Source of the DNA: Eledone cirrhosa | Lineage: Eukaryota | Assembly (NCBI GenBank): GCA_964016885.1 | Contig: OZ024742.1 | Coordinates: 167,462,001 to 167,526,000, forward strand | DNA: 64,000 nucleotides | Direction: 5' to 3' | Shown: positions 51,501 through 64,000 of the stretch, one piece after another | Position numbering within the stretch: position 1 is the stretch's first letter | Layout: every line of letters starts with the position of its first letter | Program-made: the position numbers and the translations under genes | The notes under the pieces: generated by a model | Database searches by the model: none | Seen by the model: the letters and a program-made list of their open reading frames with translations, nothing else | What the model was told of the DNA's origin: nothing

Positions 51501-54500
51501 AGGCGGAGATAATTTGTAAAAAAAAATCAGGGGGAGATAATTTGTAAAAAAAAATCAGGGGGAGATAATTTGTAAAAAAAATCAAGGGGAGATAATTTCC
51601 AGCCGTCCAAGGGGAGATAATTTTCAGCCGTCCAAGGGGAGATAATTTCCAGCCGTCCAAGGGGAGATAATTTTAAAAAAAAATCAGGCGGAGATAATTT
51701 GTAAAAAAAATCAAGGGGAGATAATTTGCAACCGTCCAAGGGGACATAATTTTCAGTCGTCCAAGGAGAGGTAATTTCTAGCCGTACAAGGGGAGATAAT
51801 TTCCAGCCGTCCAAGGGGAGATAATTTCCAGCCGTCCAAGGGGAGATAATTTTTTTTTAAAAATCAGGCGGAGATAATTTGTAAAAAAAAAATCAGGGGG
51901 AGATAATTTGTAAAAAAAAATCAGGGGGTGATAATTTGTAAAAAAAAATCAGGGGGAGATAATTTGTAAAAAAAATCAAGGGGAGATAATTTCCAGCCGT
52001 CCAAGGGAAGATAATTTCCAGCCCTCCAAGGGGCTATAATTTCCAGCGTCCAAGGGGAGATAATTTCCAGCCAGCGAAGGGGAGATAATTGTTTTAAAAA
52101 AATCATTGGGAGATTTGTAAAAAAAATCAGGGGGAGATAATTAATAAAAAAAATCAAGGGGAGATAATTTCCAGCCGTCCAAGGGGAGGTAATATCTAGC
52201 CGTCCAAGGGGAGATAATTTCCAGCCGTCCAAGGGGAGATAATTTCCAGCCGTCCAAGGGTAGATAATATCCAGCCGTCCAAGGAGACATATTTTCCAGC
52301 CGTCCAAGGAGAGGTAATTTCTAGCCGTCCAAGGGGAGATAAATTCCAGCCTCCAAGGGGAGATAATTTCCAGCCAGCCAAGGGGAGATAATTTGTAAAA
52401 AAATCAGGGGGAGATAATTTGTAAAAAAAATCAGGGGTAGATAATTTGTAAAAAAAAATCAGGGGGAGATAATTTGTAAAAGAAAATCAGGGGGAGATAA
52501 TTTGTAAAAAAAATCAAGGGGAGATAATTTCCAGCCGTCCAAGGAGAGATAATTTTAAAAAAAAATCAGGCGGAGATAATTTGTAAAAAAAAATCAGGGG
52601 GAGATAATTTGTAAAAAAAAATCAGGGGGAGATAATTTGTAAAAAAAATCAAGGGGAGATAATTTCCAGCCGTCCAAGGGGAGATAATTTCCAGCCGTCC
52701 AAGGGGAGATAATTTTTTTAAAAAAATCAGGCGGAGATAATTTGTAAAAAAAATCAGGGGGAGATAATTTGTAAAAAAAAATCAGGGGGAGATAATTTGT
52801 AAAAAAAATCAGGGGGAGATAATTTGTAAAAAAAAATCAGGGGGAGATAATTTGTAAAAAAAATCAGGGGGAGATAATTTGTAAAAAAAATCAAGGGGAG
52901 ATAATTTCCAGCCGTCCAAGGAGAGATAATTTTAAAAAAAAATCAGGCGGAGATAATTTGTAAAAAAAAATCAGGGGGAGATAATTTGTAAAAAAAAATC
53001 AGGGGGAGATAATTTGTAAAAAAAATCAAGGGGAGATAATTTCCAGCCGTCCAAGGGGAGATAATTTTCAGCCGTCCAAGGGGAGATAATTTCCAGCCGT
53101 CCAAGGGGAGATAATTTTAAAAAAAAATCAGGCGGAGATGATTTGTAAAAAAAATCAAGGGGAGATAATTTGCAACCGTCCAAGGGGACATAATTTTCAG
53201 TCGTCCAAGGAGAGGTAATTTCTAGCCGTACAAGGGGAGATAATTTCCAGCCGTCCAAGGGGAGATAATTTCCAGCCGTCCAAGGGGAGATAATTTTTTT
53301 TTAAAAATCAGGCGGAGATAATTTGTAAAAAAAAAATCAGGGGGAGATAATTTGTAAAAAAAAATCAGGGGGAGATAATTTGTAAAAAAAAATCAGGGGG
53401 AGATAATTTGTAAAAAAAATCAAGGGGAGATAATTTCCAGCCGTCCAAGGGAAGATAATTTCCAGCCCTCCAAGGGGCTATAATTTCCAGCGTCCAAGGG
53501 GAGATAATTTCCAGCCAGCGAAGGGGAGATAATTGTTTTAAAAAAATCATTGGGAGATTTGTAAAAAAAATCAGGGGAGATAATTAATAAAAAAAATCAA
53601 GGGGAGATAATTTCCAGCCGTCCAAGGGGAGGTAATATCTAGCCGTCCAAGGGGAGATAATTTCCAGCCGTCCAAGGGGAGATAATTTCCAGCCGTCCAA
53701 GGGTAGATAATATCCAGCCGTCCAAGGAGACATATTTTCCAGCCGTCCAAGGAGAGGTAATTTCTAGCCGTCCAAGGGGAGATAAATTCCAGCCTCCAAG
53801 GGGAGATAATTTCCAGCCAGCCAAGGGGAGATAATTTGTAAAAAAATCAGGGGGAGATAATTTGTAAAAAAAATCAGGGGTAGATAATTTGTAAAAAAAA
53901 ATCAGGGGGAGATAATTTGTAAAAAAAAATCAGGGGGAGATAATTTGTAAAAAAAATCAAGGGGAGATAATTTCCAGCCGTCCAAGGAGAGATAATTTTA
54001 AAAAAAAATCAGGCGGAGATAATTTGTAAAAAAAAATCAGGGGGAGATAATTTGTAAAAAAAAATCAGGGGGAGATAATTTGTAAAAAAAATCAAGGGGA
54101 GATAATTTCCAGCCGTCCAAGGGGAGATAATTTCCAGCCGTCCAAGGGGAGATAATTTTTTTAAAAAAATCAGGCGGAGATAATTTGTAAAAAAAATCAG
54201 GGGGAGATAATTTGTAAAAAAAAATCAGGGGCAGATAATTTCCAGCCGTCCAAGGTAAGATAATTTCCAGCCCTCCAAGGGGCTATAATTTCCAGCATCC
54301 AAGGGGAGATAATTTCCAGCCGTCCAAGGGTAGATAATATCCAGCCGTCCAAGTAGACATATTTTCCAGCCGTCCAAGGAGAGGTAATTTCTAGCCGTCC
54401 AAGGGGAGATAAATTCCAGCCTCCAAGGGGAGATAATTTCCAGCCAGCCAAGGGGAGATAATTTGTACAAAAATCAGGGGGAGATAATTTGTAAAAAAAA

Positions 54501-57500
54501 TCAGGGGGAGATAATTTGTAAAAAAAAAATCAGGGGGAGATAATTTGTAAAAAAAAATCAGGGGGAGATAATTTGTAAAAAAAAATCAGGGGGAGATAAT
54601 TTCCAGCCGTCCAAGGGGAGATAATTTCCAGCCGTCCAAGGGTAGATAATATCCAGCCGTCCAAGTAGACATTTTCCAGCCGTCCAAGGAGGGGTAATTT
54701 CTAGCCGTCCAAGGGGAGATAAATTCCAGCCTCCAAGGGAAGATAATTTCCAGCCAGCCAAGGGGAGATAATTTGTAAAAAAATCAGGGGGAGATAATTT
54801 GTAAAAAAAATCAGGGGGAGATAATTTGTAAAAAAAAATCAGGGGGAGATAATTTGTAAAAAAAATCAGGGGGAGATAATTTGTAAAAAAAATCAAGGGG
54901 AGATAATTTCCAGCCGTCCAAGGGGAGATAATTTTCAGCCGTCCAAGGGGAGATAATTTCCAGCCGTCCAAGGGGAGATAATTTCCAGCCGTCCAAGGGG
55001 AGATAATTTTCAGCCGTCCAAGGGGAGATAATTTCCAGCCGTCCAAGGGAAGATAATTTCCAGCCGTCCAAGGGGAAATAATTTTTTTAAAAAAATCAGG
55101 CGGAGATAATTTGTAAAAAAAATCAGGGGGAGATAATTTGTAAAAAAAAATCAGGGGGAGATAATTTGTAAAAAAAAATCAGGGGGAGATAATTTCCAGC
55201 CGTCCAAGGTAAGATAATTTCCAGCCCTCCAAGGGGCTATAATTTCCAGCATCCAAGGGGAGATAATTTCCAGCCGTCCAAGGGTAGATAATATCCAGCC
55301 GTCCAAGTAGACATATTTTCCAGCCGTCCAAGGAGAGGTAATTTCTAGCCGTCCAAGGGGAGATAAATTCCAGCCTCCAAGGGGAGATAATTTCCAGCCA
55401 GCCAAGGGGAGATAATTTGTAAAAAAATCAGGGGGAGATAATTTGTAAAAAAAATCAGGGGGAGATAATTTGTAAAAAAAAATCAGGGGGAGATAATTTG
55501 TAAAAAAAAATCAGGGGGAGATAATTTGTAAAAAAAAATCAGGGGGAGATAATTTCCAGCCGTTCAAGGGGAGATAATTTTCAGCCGTCCAAGGGTAGAT
55601 AATATCCAGCCGTCCAAGTAGACATTTTCCAGCCGTCCAAGGAGAGGTAATTTCTAGCCGTCCAAGGGGAGATAAATTCCAGCCTCCAAGGGGAGATAAT
55701 TTCCAGCCAGCCAAGGGGAGATAATTTGTAAAAAAATCAGGGGGAGATAATTTGTAAAAAAAATCAGGGGGAGATAATTTGTAAAAAAAAATCAGGGGGA
55801 GATAATTTGTAAAAAAAAATCAGGGGGAGATAATTTGTAAAAAAAAATCAGGGGGAGATAATTTCCAGCCCTCCAAGGGGAGATAATTTTCAGCCGTCCA
55901 AGGGGAGATAATTTCCAGCCGTCCAAGGGGAGATAATTTCCATCCTTCCAAGGGGAGATAATTTCCAGCCGTCCAAGGGGAGATAATTTTCAGTCGTCCA
56001 AGGGGAGATAATTTCCCGCCAGCCAAGGGAAGATAATATTTTAAAAAATCAGGCGGAGATAATTTGTAAAAAAAATCAGGGGGAGATAATTTGTAAAAAA
56101 ATCAGGGGGAGATAATTTGTAAAAAAAAAATCAGGGGGAGATAATTTGTAAAAAAAATCAGGGGGAGATAATTTGTAAAAAAAAAATCAGGGGTAGATAA
56201 TTTGTAAAAAAAAATCAGGGGGAGATAATTTGTAAAAAAAAAATCAGGGGGAGATAATTTGTAAAAAAAATCAGGGGGAGATAATTTGTAAAAAAAAATC
56301 AGGGGGAGATAATTTCCAGCCGTCCAAGGGGAGATAATTTTCATCCGTCCAAGGGGAGATAATTTCCCGCCAGCCAAGGGAAGATAATATTTAAAAAAAT
56401 CAGGCGGAGATAATTTGTAAAAAAAATCAGGGGGAGATAATTTGTAAAAAAATCAGGGGGAGATAATTTGTAAAAAAAATCAAGGGGAGATAATTTCCAG
56501 CCGTCCAAGGGGAGGTAATATCTAGCCGTCCAAGGGGAGATAATTTCCAGCCGTCCAACAGGAGATAATTTCCAGCCGTCCAAGGGTAGATAATATCCAG
56601 CCGTCCAAGGAGACATATTTTCCAGCCGTCCAAGGAGAGGTAATTTCTAGCCGTCCAAGGGGAGATAAATTCCAGCCTCCAAGGGGAGATAATTTCCAGC
56701 CAGCCAAGGGGAGATAATTTGTAAAAAAAATCAGGGGGAGATAATTTGTAAAAAAAATCAGGGGGAGATAATTTGTAAAAAAAAATCAGGGGGAGATAAT
56801 TTGTAAAAAAAATCAGGGGGAGATAATTTGTAAAAAAAAATCAAGGGGAGATAATTTCCAGCCGTCCAAGGGGAGATAATTTTCAGCCGCCCAAGGGGAG
56901 ATAATTTCCCGCCAGCCAAGGGAAGATAATATTTAAAAAATCAGGCGGAGATAATTTGTAAAAAAAATCAGGGGGAGATAATTTGTAAAAAAAAATCAGG
57001 GGGAGATAATTTGTAAAAAAAAATCAGGGGGAGATAATTTGTAAAAAAAATCAAGGGGAGATAATTTCCAGCCGTCGAAGGGAAGATAATTTCCAGCCCT
57101 CCAAGGGGCTATAATTTCCAGCGTCCAAGGGGAGATAATTTCCAGCCGTCCAAGGGGAGATAATTTCCAGCCGTCCAAGGGTAGATAATATCCAGCCGTC
57201 CAAGTAGACATTTTCCAGCCGTCCAAGGAGAGGTAATTTCTAGCCGTCCAAGGGGAGATAAATTCCAGCCTCCAAGGGAAGATAATTTCCAGCCAGCCAA
57301 GGGGAGATAATTTGTAAAAAAATCAGGGGGAGATAATTTGTAAAAAAAAATCAGGGGGAGATAATTTGTAAAAAAAAATCAGGGGGAGATAATTTGTAAA
57401 AAAAAATCAGGGGGAGATAATTTGTAAAAAAAATCAGGGGGAGATAATTTGTAAAAAAAATCAAGGGGAGATAATTTCCAGCCGTCCAAGGGGAGATAAT

Positions 57501-60500
57501 TATCAGCCGTCCAAGGGGAGATAATTTCCAGCCGTCCAAGGGGAGATAATTTCCATCCTTCCAAGGGGAGATAATTTCCAGCCGTCCAAGGGGAGATAAT
57601 TTTCAGCCGTCCAAGGGGAGATAATTTCCCGCCAGCCAAGGGAAGATAATATTTTAAAAAATCAGGCGGAGATAATTTGTAAAAAAAATCAGGGGGAGAT
57701 AATTTGTAAAAAAATCAGGGGGAGATAATTTGTAAAAAAAAAATCAGGGGGAGATAATTTGTAAAAAAAATCAGGGGGAGATAATTTGTAAAAAAAAATC
57801 AGGGGTAGATAATTTGTAAAAAAAAATCAGGGGGAGATAATTTGTAAAAAAAAAATCAGGGGGAGATAATTTGTAAAAAAAATCAAGGGGAGATAATTTC
57901 CAGCCGTCCAAGGAGAGATAATTTTTAAAAAAAATCAGGCGGAGATAATTTGTAAAAAAAATCAAGGGGAGATAATTTGTAAAAAAAAATCAGGGGGAGA
58001 TAATTTGTAAAAAAAATCAAGGGGAGATAATTTCCAGCCGTCCAAGGGAAGATAATTTCCAGCACTCCAACGGGCTATAATTTGCAGTGTCCAAGGGGAG
58101 ATAATTTCCAGCCAGCGAAGGGGAGATAATTTTTTTAAAAAAATCAGGGGGAGATATGTAAAAAAAATCAGAGGGAGATAATTTCTAAAAAAAATCAAAG
58201 GGAGATAATTTCCAGCCGTCCAAAGAGAGATAATTTCTAGCCGTCCAAGGGGAGATAATTTCCAGCCAAGGGGAGATAATTTCCAGCCGTCCAAGGGGAG
58301 ATAATTATTTAAAAAATCAGGTGGAGATAATTTGTAAAAAAAATCAGGGGGAGATAATTTGTAAAAACAAAATCAAGGGCAGATAATTTCCAGCTGTCCA
58401 AGGGGAGATAATTTCCAGCCGTGCAAGGGGAGATAATTTCCAGCCGTCCAAGGGGAGATAATTTCCATCCTTCCAAGGGGAGATAATTTCCAGCCGTCCA
58501 AGGGGAGATAATTTCCCGCCAGCCAAGGAAAGATAATTTTTTAAAAAATCAGGCGGAGATTGTAAAAAAAATCAGGGGGAGATAATTTGTAAAAAAATCA
58601 GGAGGAGATAATTTGTAAAAAAATCAAGGGGAGATAATTTCCAGCTGTCCAAGGGGAGGTAATATCTAGCCGTCCAAGGGGAGATAATTTTCAGCCGTCC
58701 AAGGGGAGATAATTTCCAGCCGTCCAAGGGTAGATAATATCCAGCCGTCCAAGGAGACATATTTTCCAGCCGTCCAAGGAGAGGTAATTTCTAGCCGTCC
58801 AAGTGGAGATAAATTCCAGCCTCCAAGGGGAGATAATTTCCAGCCAGCCAAGGGGAGATAATTTGTAAAAAAATCAGGGGGAGATAATTTGTAAAAAAAA
58901 TCAGGGGGAGATAATTTGTAAAAAAAAATCAGGGGGAGATAATTTGTAAAAAAAATCAGGGGGAGATAATTTGTAAAAAAAATCAAGGGGAGATAATTTC
59001 CAGCCGTCCAAGGAGAGATAATTTAAAAAAAAAATCAGGCGGAGATAATTTGTAAAAAAAAATCAGGGGGAGATAATTTGTAAAAAAAAATCAGGGGGAG
59101 ATAATTTGTAAAAAAAATCAAGGGGAGATAATTTCCAGCCGTCCAAGGGGAGATAATTTTCAGCCGTCCAAGGGGAGATAATTTCCAGCCGTCCAAGGGG
59201 AGATAATTTTAAAAAAAAATCAGGCGGTGATAATTTGTAAAAAAAATCAAGGGTAGATAATTTGCAACCGTCCAAGGGGACATAATTTTCAGTCGTCCAA
59301 GGAGAGGTAATTTCTAGCCGTACAAGGGGAGATAATTTCCAGCCGTCCAAGGGGAGATAATTTCCAGCCGTCCAAGGGGAGATAATTTTTTTTTAAAAAT
59401 CAGGCGGAGATAATTTGTAAAAAAAAAATCAGGGGGAGATAATTTGTAAAAAAAATCAGGGGGAGATAATTTGTAAAAAAAAATCAGGGGGAGATAATTT
59501 GTAAAAAAAATCAAGGGGAGATAATTTCCAGCCGTCCAAGGGAAGATAATTTCCAGCCCTCCAAGGGGCTATAATTTCCAGCGTCCAAGGGGAGATAATT
59601 TCCAGCCAGCGAAGGGGAGATAATTGTTTTAAAAAAATCATTGGGAGATTTGTAAAAAAAATCAGGGGGAGATAATTAATAAAAAAAATCAAGGGGAGAT
59701 AATTCCCAGCCGTCCAAGGGGAGGTAATATCTAGCCGTCCAAGGGGAGATAATTTCCAGCCGTCCAAGGGGAGATAATTTCCAGCCGTCCAAGGGTAGAT
59801 AATATCCAGCCGTCCAAGGAGACATATTTTCCAGCCGTCCAAGGAGAGGTAATTTCTAGCCGTCCAAGGGGAGATAAATTCCAGCCTCCAAGGGGAGATA
59901 ATTTCCAGCCAGCCAAGGGGAGATAATTTGTAAAAAAATCAGGGGGAGATAATTTGTAAAATAAATCAGGGGTAGATAATTTGTAAAAAAAAATCAGGGG
60001 GAGATAATTTGTAAAAAAAAATCAGGGGGAGATAATTTGTAAAAAAAATCAAGGGGAGATAATTTCCAGCCGTCCAAGGAGAGATAATTTAAAAAAAAAA
60101 TCAGGCGGAGATAATTTGTAAAAAAAAATCAGGGGGAGATAATTTGTAAAAAAAAATCAGGGGGAGATAATTTGTAAAAAAAATCAAGGGGAGATAATTT
60201 CCAGCCGTCCAAGGGGAGATAATTTCCAGCCGTCCAAGGGGAAATAATTTTTTTAAAAAAATCAGGCGGAGATAATTTGTAAAAAAAATCAGGGGGAGAT
60301 AATTTGTAAAAAAAAATCAGGGGGAGATAATTTGTAAAAAAAAATCAGGGGGAGATAATTTCCAGCCGTCCAAGGTAAGATAATTTCCAGCCCTCCAAGG
60401 GGCTATAATTTCCAGCATCCAAGGGGAGATAATTTCCAGCCGTCCAAGGGTAGATAATATCCAGCCGTCCAAGTAGACATATTTTCCAGCCGTCCAAGGA

Positions 60501-63500
60501 GAGGTAATTTCTAGCCGTCCAAGGGGAGATAAATTACAGCCTCCAAGGGGAGATAATTTCCAGCCGTCCAAGGGGAGATAATTTAAAAAAAAAAACAGGC
60601 GAAGATAATTTGTAAAAAAAAAATCAGGGGGAGATAATTTGTAAAAAAAAATCAGGGGGAGATAATTTGTAAAAAAAAATCAGGGGGAGGTAATTTGTGA
60701 AAAAAAATCAAGGGGAGATAATTTCCAGCCGTCCAAGGGAAGATAATTTCCAGCCCTCCAAGGGGCTATAATTTCCAGCGTCCAAGGGGAGATAATTTCC
60801 AGCCAGCGAAGGGGAGATAATTTTTTTTTTTTTAAATCAGGGGGACATAATTTGTAAAAAAAATCAGGGGGAGATAATTTGTAAAAAAAATCAAGGGGAG
60901 ATAATTTTTAAAAAAAAATCAGGGGGAGATAATTTGTAAAAAAAAATCAGGGGGAGATAATTTGTAAAAAAAATCAAGGGGAGATAATTTGTAAAAAAAA
61001 ATCAAGGGGAGATAATTTCCAGCCGTCCAAGGGGAGATAATTTTCAGCCGTCCAAGGGGAGATAATTTCCCGCCAGCCAAGGAAAGATAATATTTAAAAA
61101 AATCAGGCGGAGATAATTTGTAAAAAAAATCAGGGGGAGATAATTTGTAAAAAAATCAGGGGGAGATAATTTGTAAAAAAAAAATCAGGGGGAGATAATT
61201 TGTAAAAAAAATCAGGGGGAGATAATTTGTAAAAAAAAATCAGGGGGAGATAATTTGTAAAAAAAAATCAGGGGGAGATAATTTGTAAAAAAAATCAATT
61301 GGAGATAATTTCCAGCCGTCCAAGGGGAGATAATTTTCAGCCGTCCAAGGAGAGGTAATTTCTAGACGTCCAAGGGGAGATAATTTCCAGCCGTCCAAGG
61401 GGAGATAATTTCCAGCCGTCCAAGGGTAGATAATATCCAGCCGTCCAAGGAGACATATTTTCCAGCTTTCCAAGGAGAGGTAATTTCTAGCCGTTCAAGG
61501 GGAGATAAATTCCAGCCTCCAAGGGGAGATAATTTCCAGCCAGCCAAGGGGAGATAATTTGTAAAAAAATCAGGGGGAGATAATTTGTAAAAAAAAATCA
61601 GGGGCAGATAATTTGTAAAAAAAATCAGGGGGAGATAATTTGTAAAAAAAATCAGGGGGAGATAATTTGTAAAAAAAATCAAGGGGAGATAATTTCCAGC
61701 CGTCCAAGGGGAGATAATTTTCAGCCGTCCAAGGGGAGATAATTTCCCGCCAGCCAAGGGAAGATAATATTTAAAAAATGAGGCGGAGATAATTTGTAAA
61801 AAAAATCAGGGGGAGATAATTTGTAAAAAAATCAGGGGGAGATAATTTGTAAAAAAAAAATCAGGGAGAGATAATTTGTAAAAAAAATCAGGGGGAGATA
61901 ATTTGTAAAAAAAAATCAGGGGTAGATAATTTGTAAAAAAAAATCAGGGGGAGATAATTTGTAAAAAAAATCAGGGGGAGATAATTTGTAAAAAAAATCA
62001 AGGGGAGATAATTTCCAGCCGTCCAAGGGAAGATAATTTCAAGCCCTCCAAGGGGCTATAATTTCCAGTGTCCAAGGGGAGATAATTTCCAGCCAGCGAA
62101 GGGGAGATAATTTTTTTTTTTAAATCAGGGGGAGATTTGTACAAAAAATCAGGGGGAGATAATTTGTAAAAAAAATCAAAGGGAGATAATTTCCAGCCGT
62201 CCAAAGAGAGATAATTTCTAGCCGTCCAAGGGGAGATATTTCGAGCCAAGGGGAGATAATTTCCAGCCGTCCAAGGGGAGATAATTTTTTAAAAAATCAG
62301 GTGGAGATAATTTGTAAAAAAAATCAGGGGGAGATAATTTGTAAAAACAATATCAAGGGCAGATAATTTCCAGCTGTCCAAGGGGAGATAATTTCCAGCC
62401 GTGCAAGGGGAGATAATTTCCAGCCGTCCAAGGGGAGATAATTTCCATCCTTCCAAGGGGAGATAATTTCCAGCCGTCCAAGGGGAGATAATTTCCCGCC
62501 AGCCAAGGGAAGATAATTTTTTAAAAAATCAGGCGGAGATTGTAAAAAAAATCAGGGGGAGATAATTTGTAAAAAAATCAGGGGGAGATAATTTCCAGCT
62601 GTCCAAGGGGAGGTAATATCTAGCCGTCCAAGGGGAGATAATTTCCAGCCGTCCAAGGGGAGATAAATTCCATCCGTCCAAGGGTAGATAATATCCAGCC
62701 GTCCAAGGAGACATATTTTCCAGCCGTCCAAGGAGAGGTAATTTCTAGCCGTCCAAGTGGAGATAAATTCCAGCCTCCAAGGGGAGATAATTTCCAGCCA
62801 GCCAAGGGGAGATAATTTGTAAAAAAATCAGGGGGAGATAATTTGTAAAAAAAATCAGGGGGAGATAATTTGTAAAAAAAAATCAGGGGGAGATAATTTG
62901 TAAAAAAAATCAGGGGGAGATAATTTGTAAAAAAAATCAAGGGGAGATAATTTCCAGCCGTCCAAGGAGAGATAATTTTAAAAAAAAATCAGGCGGAGAT
63001 AATTTGTAAAAAAAAATCAGGGGGAGATAATTTGTAAAAAAAAATCAGGGGGAGATAATTTGTAAAAAAAATCAAGGGGAGATAATTTCCAGCCGTCCAA
63101 GGGGAGATAATTTTCAGCCGTCCAAGGGGAGATAATTTCCAGCCGTCCAAGGGGAGATAATTTTAAAAAAAAATCAGGCGGAGATAATTTGTAAAAAAAA
63201 TCAAGGGGAGATAATTTGCAACCGTCCAAGGGGACATAATTTTCAGTCGTCCAAGGAGAGGTAATTTCTAGCCGTACAAGGGGAGATAATTTCCAGCCGT
63301 CCAAGGGGAGATAATTTCCAGCCGTCCAAGGGGAGATAATTTTTTTTTAAAAATCAGGCGGAGATAATTTGTAAAAAAAAAATCAGGGGGAGATAATTTG
63401 TAAAAAAAAATCAGGGGGAGATAATTTGTAAAAAAAAATCAGGGGGAGATAATTTGTAAAAAAAATCAAGGGGAGATAATTTCCAGCCGTCCAAGGGAAG

Positions 63501-64000
63501 ATAATTTCCAGCCCTCCAAGGGGCTATAATTTCCAGCGTCCAAGGGGAGATAATTTCCAGCCAGCGAAGGGGAGATAATTGTTTAAAAAAAATCATTGGG
63601 AGATTTGTAAAAAAAATCAGGGGGAGATAATTAATAAAAAAAATCAAGGGGAGATAATTTCCAGCCGTCCAAGGGGAGGTAATATCTAGCCGTCCAAGGG
63701 GAGATAATTTCCAGCCGTCCAAGGGGAGATAATTTCCAGCCGTCCAAGGGTAGATAATATCCAGCCGTCCAAGGAGACATATTTTCCAGCCGTCCAAGGA
63801 GAGGTAATTTCTAGCCGTCCAAGGGGAGATAAATTCCAGCCTCCAAGGGGAGATAATTTCCAGCCAGCCAAGGGGAGATAATTTGTAAAAAAATCAGGGG
63901 GAGATAATTTGTAAAAAAAATCAGGGGTAGATAATTTGTAAAAAAAAATCAGGGGGAGATAATTTGTAAAAAAAAATCAGGGGGAGATAATTTGTAAAAA
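39598..64000 (+). repeat. 29,972-bp macro-repeat unit, copy 2 (truncated by the window end; matches 9626-34027)
   Basis: Colinear to the last base. Only two differences were noticed: a 1-bp indel (~24724 vs ~54696) and C/T at 31522/61495. Confidence 0.95.

Larger units (their letters stand above)
1..64000 (+). repeat. Composite two-monomer satellite array (25-29 bp monomers, shared core YCARGGGGAGATAATTT), extending beyond both window ends
   Basis: GGGGAGATAATTT or a close variant recurs every ~25-29 bp from the first line to the last (roughly 2,400 monomers by length/period). I saw no unique sequence, no inversion and no + strand AAATTATCTCCCC. Confidence 0.99.

Noticed and set aside
10-63871. 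Minus-strand ORFs of 60-283 aa as protein-coding genes
   Set aside because: They are translations of the repeat in overlapping frames, mostly from non-ATG starts. Their ends are set by homopolymer length, and homologous copies are frameshifted freely (e.g. 24558 vs 54558).
1-64000. CRISPR array (conserved repeat plus variable spacer)
   Set aside because: The 'spacers' are only 8-12 bp, fall into two repeated classes and are not unique. There is no leader or cas gene, and the period is far below that of CRISPR units.

Overview
The whole 64 kb window is one uninterrupted, single-orientation satellite DNA array, most likely eukaryotic and heterochromatic or centromere-like. I can support no gene, RNA gene, CRISPR array or transposon. 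It is built from two monomer classes that share a 17-bp core, YCARGGGGAGATAATTT. Class A is the core plus GT(A)7-10 (26-29 bp, about 30% GC). Class B is the core plus CCAGCCGT (25 bp, about 52% GC, one CpG). The two classes alternate in short blocks with stereotyped boundary monomers, and they are organised hierarchically: ~310-360 bp modules, a ~1 kb internal duplication, a variable 4.0-7.6 kb higher-order repeat (11 landmark copies), 6.6/7.0 kb and ~11.6/10 kb tandem duplications, and a near-identical 29,972-bp tandem duplication (9626-39597 recurring from 39598 to the window end). All listed ORFs are translations of the repeat. The interesting content is the repeat architecture and its mutational signatures, not a coding system. 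Offsets were read by eye from diagnostic variants and the ORF track, and block boundaries are approximate to about one monomer.
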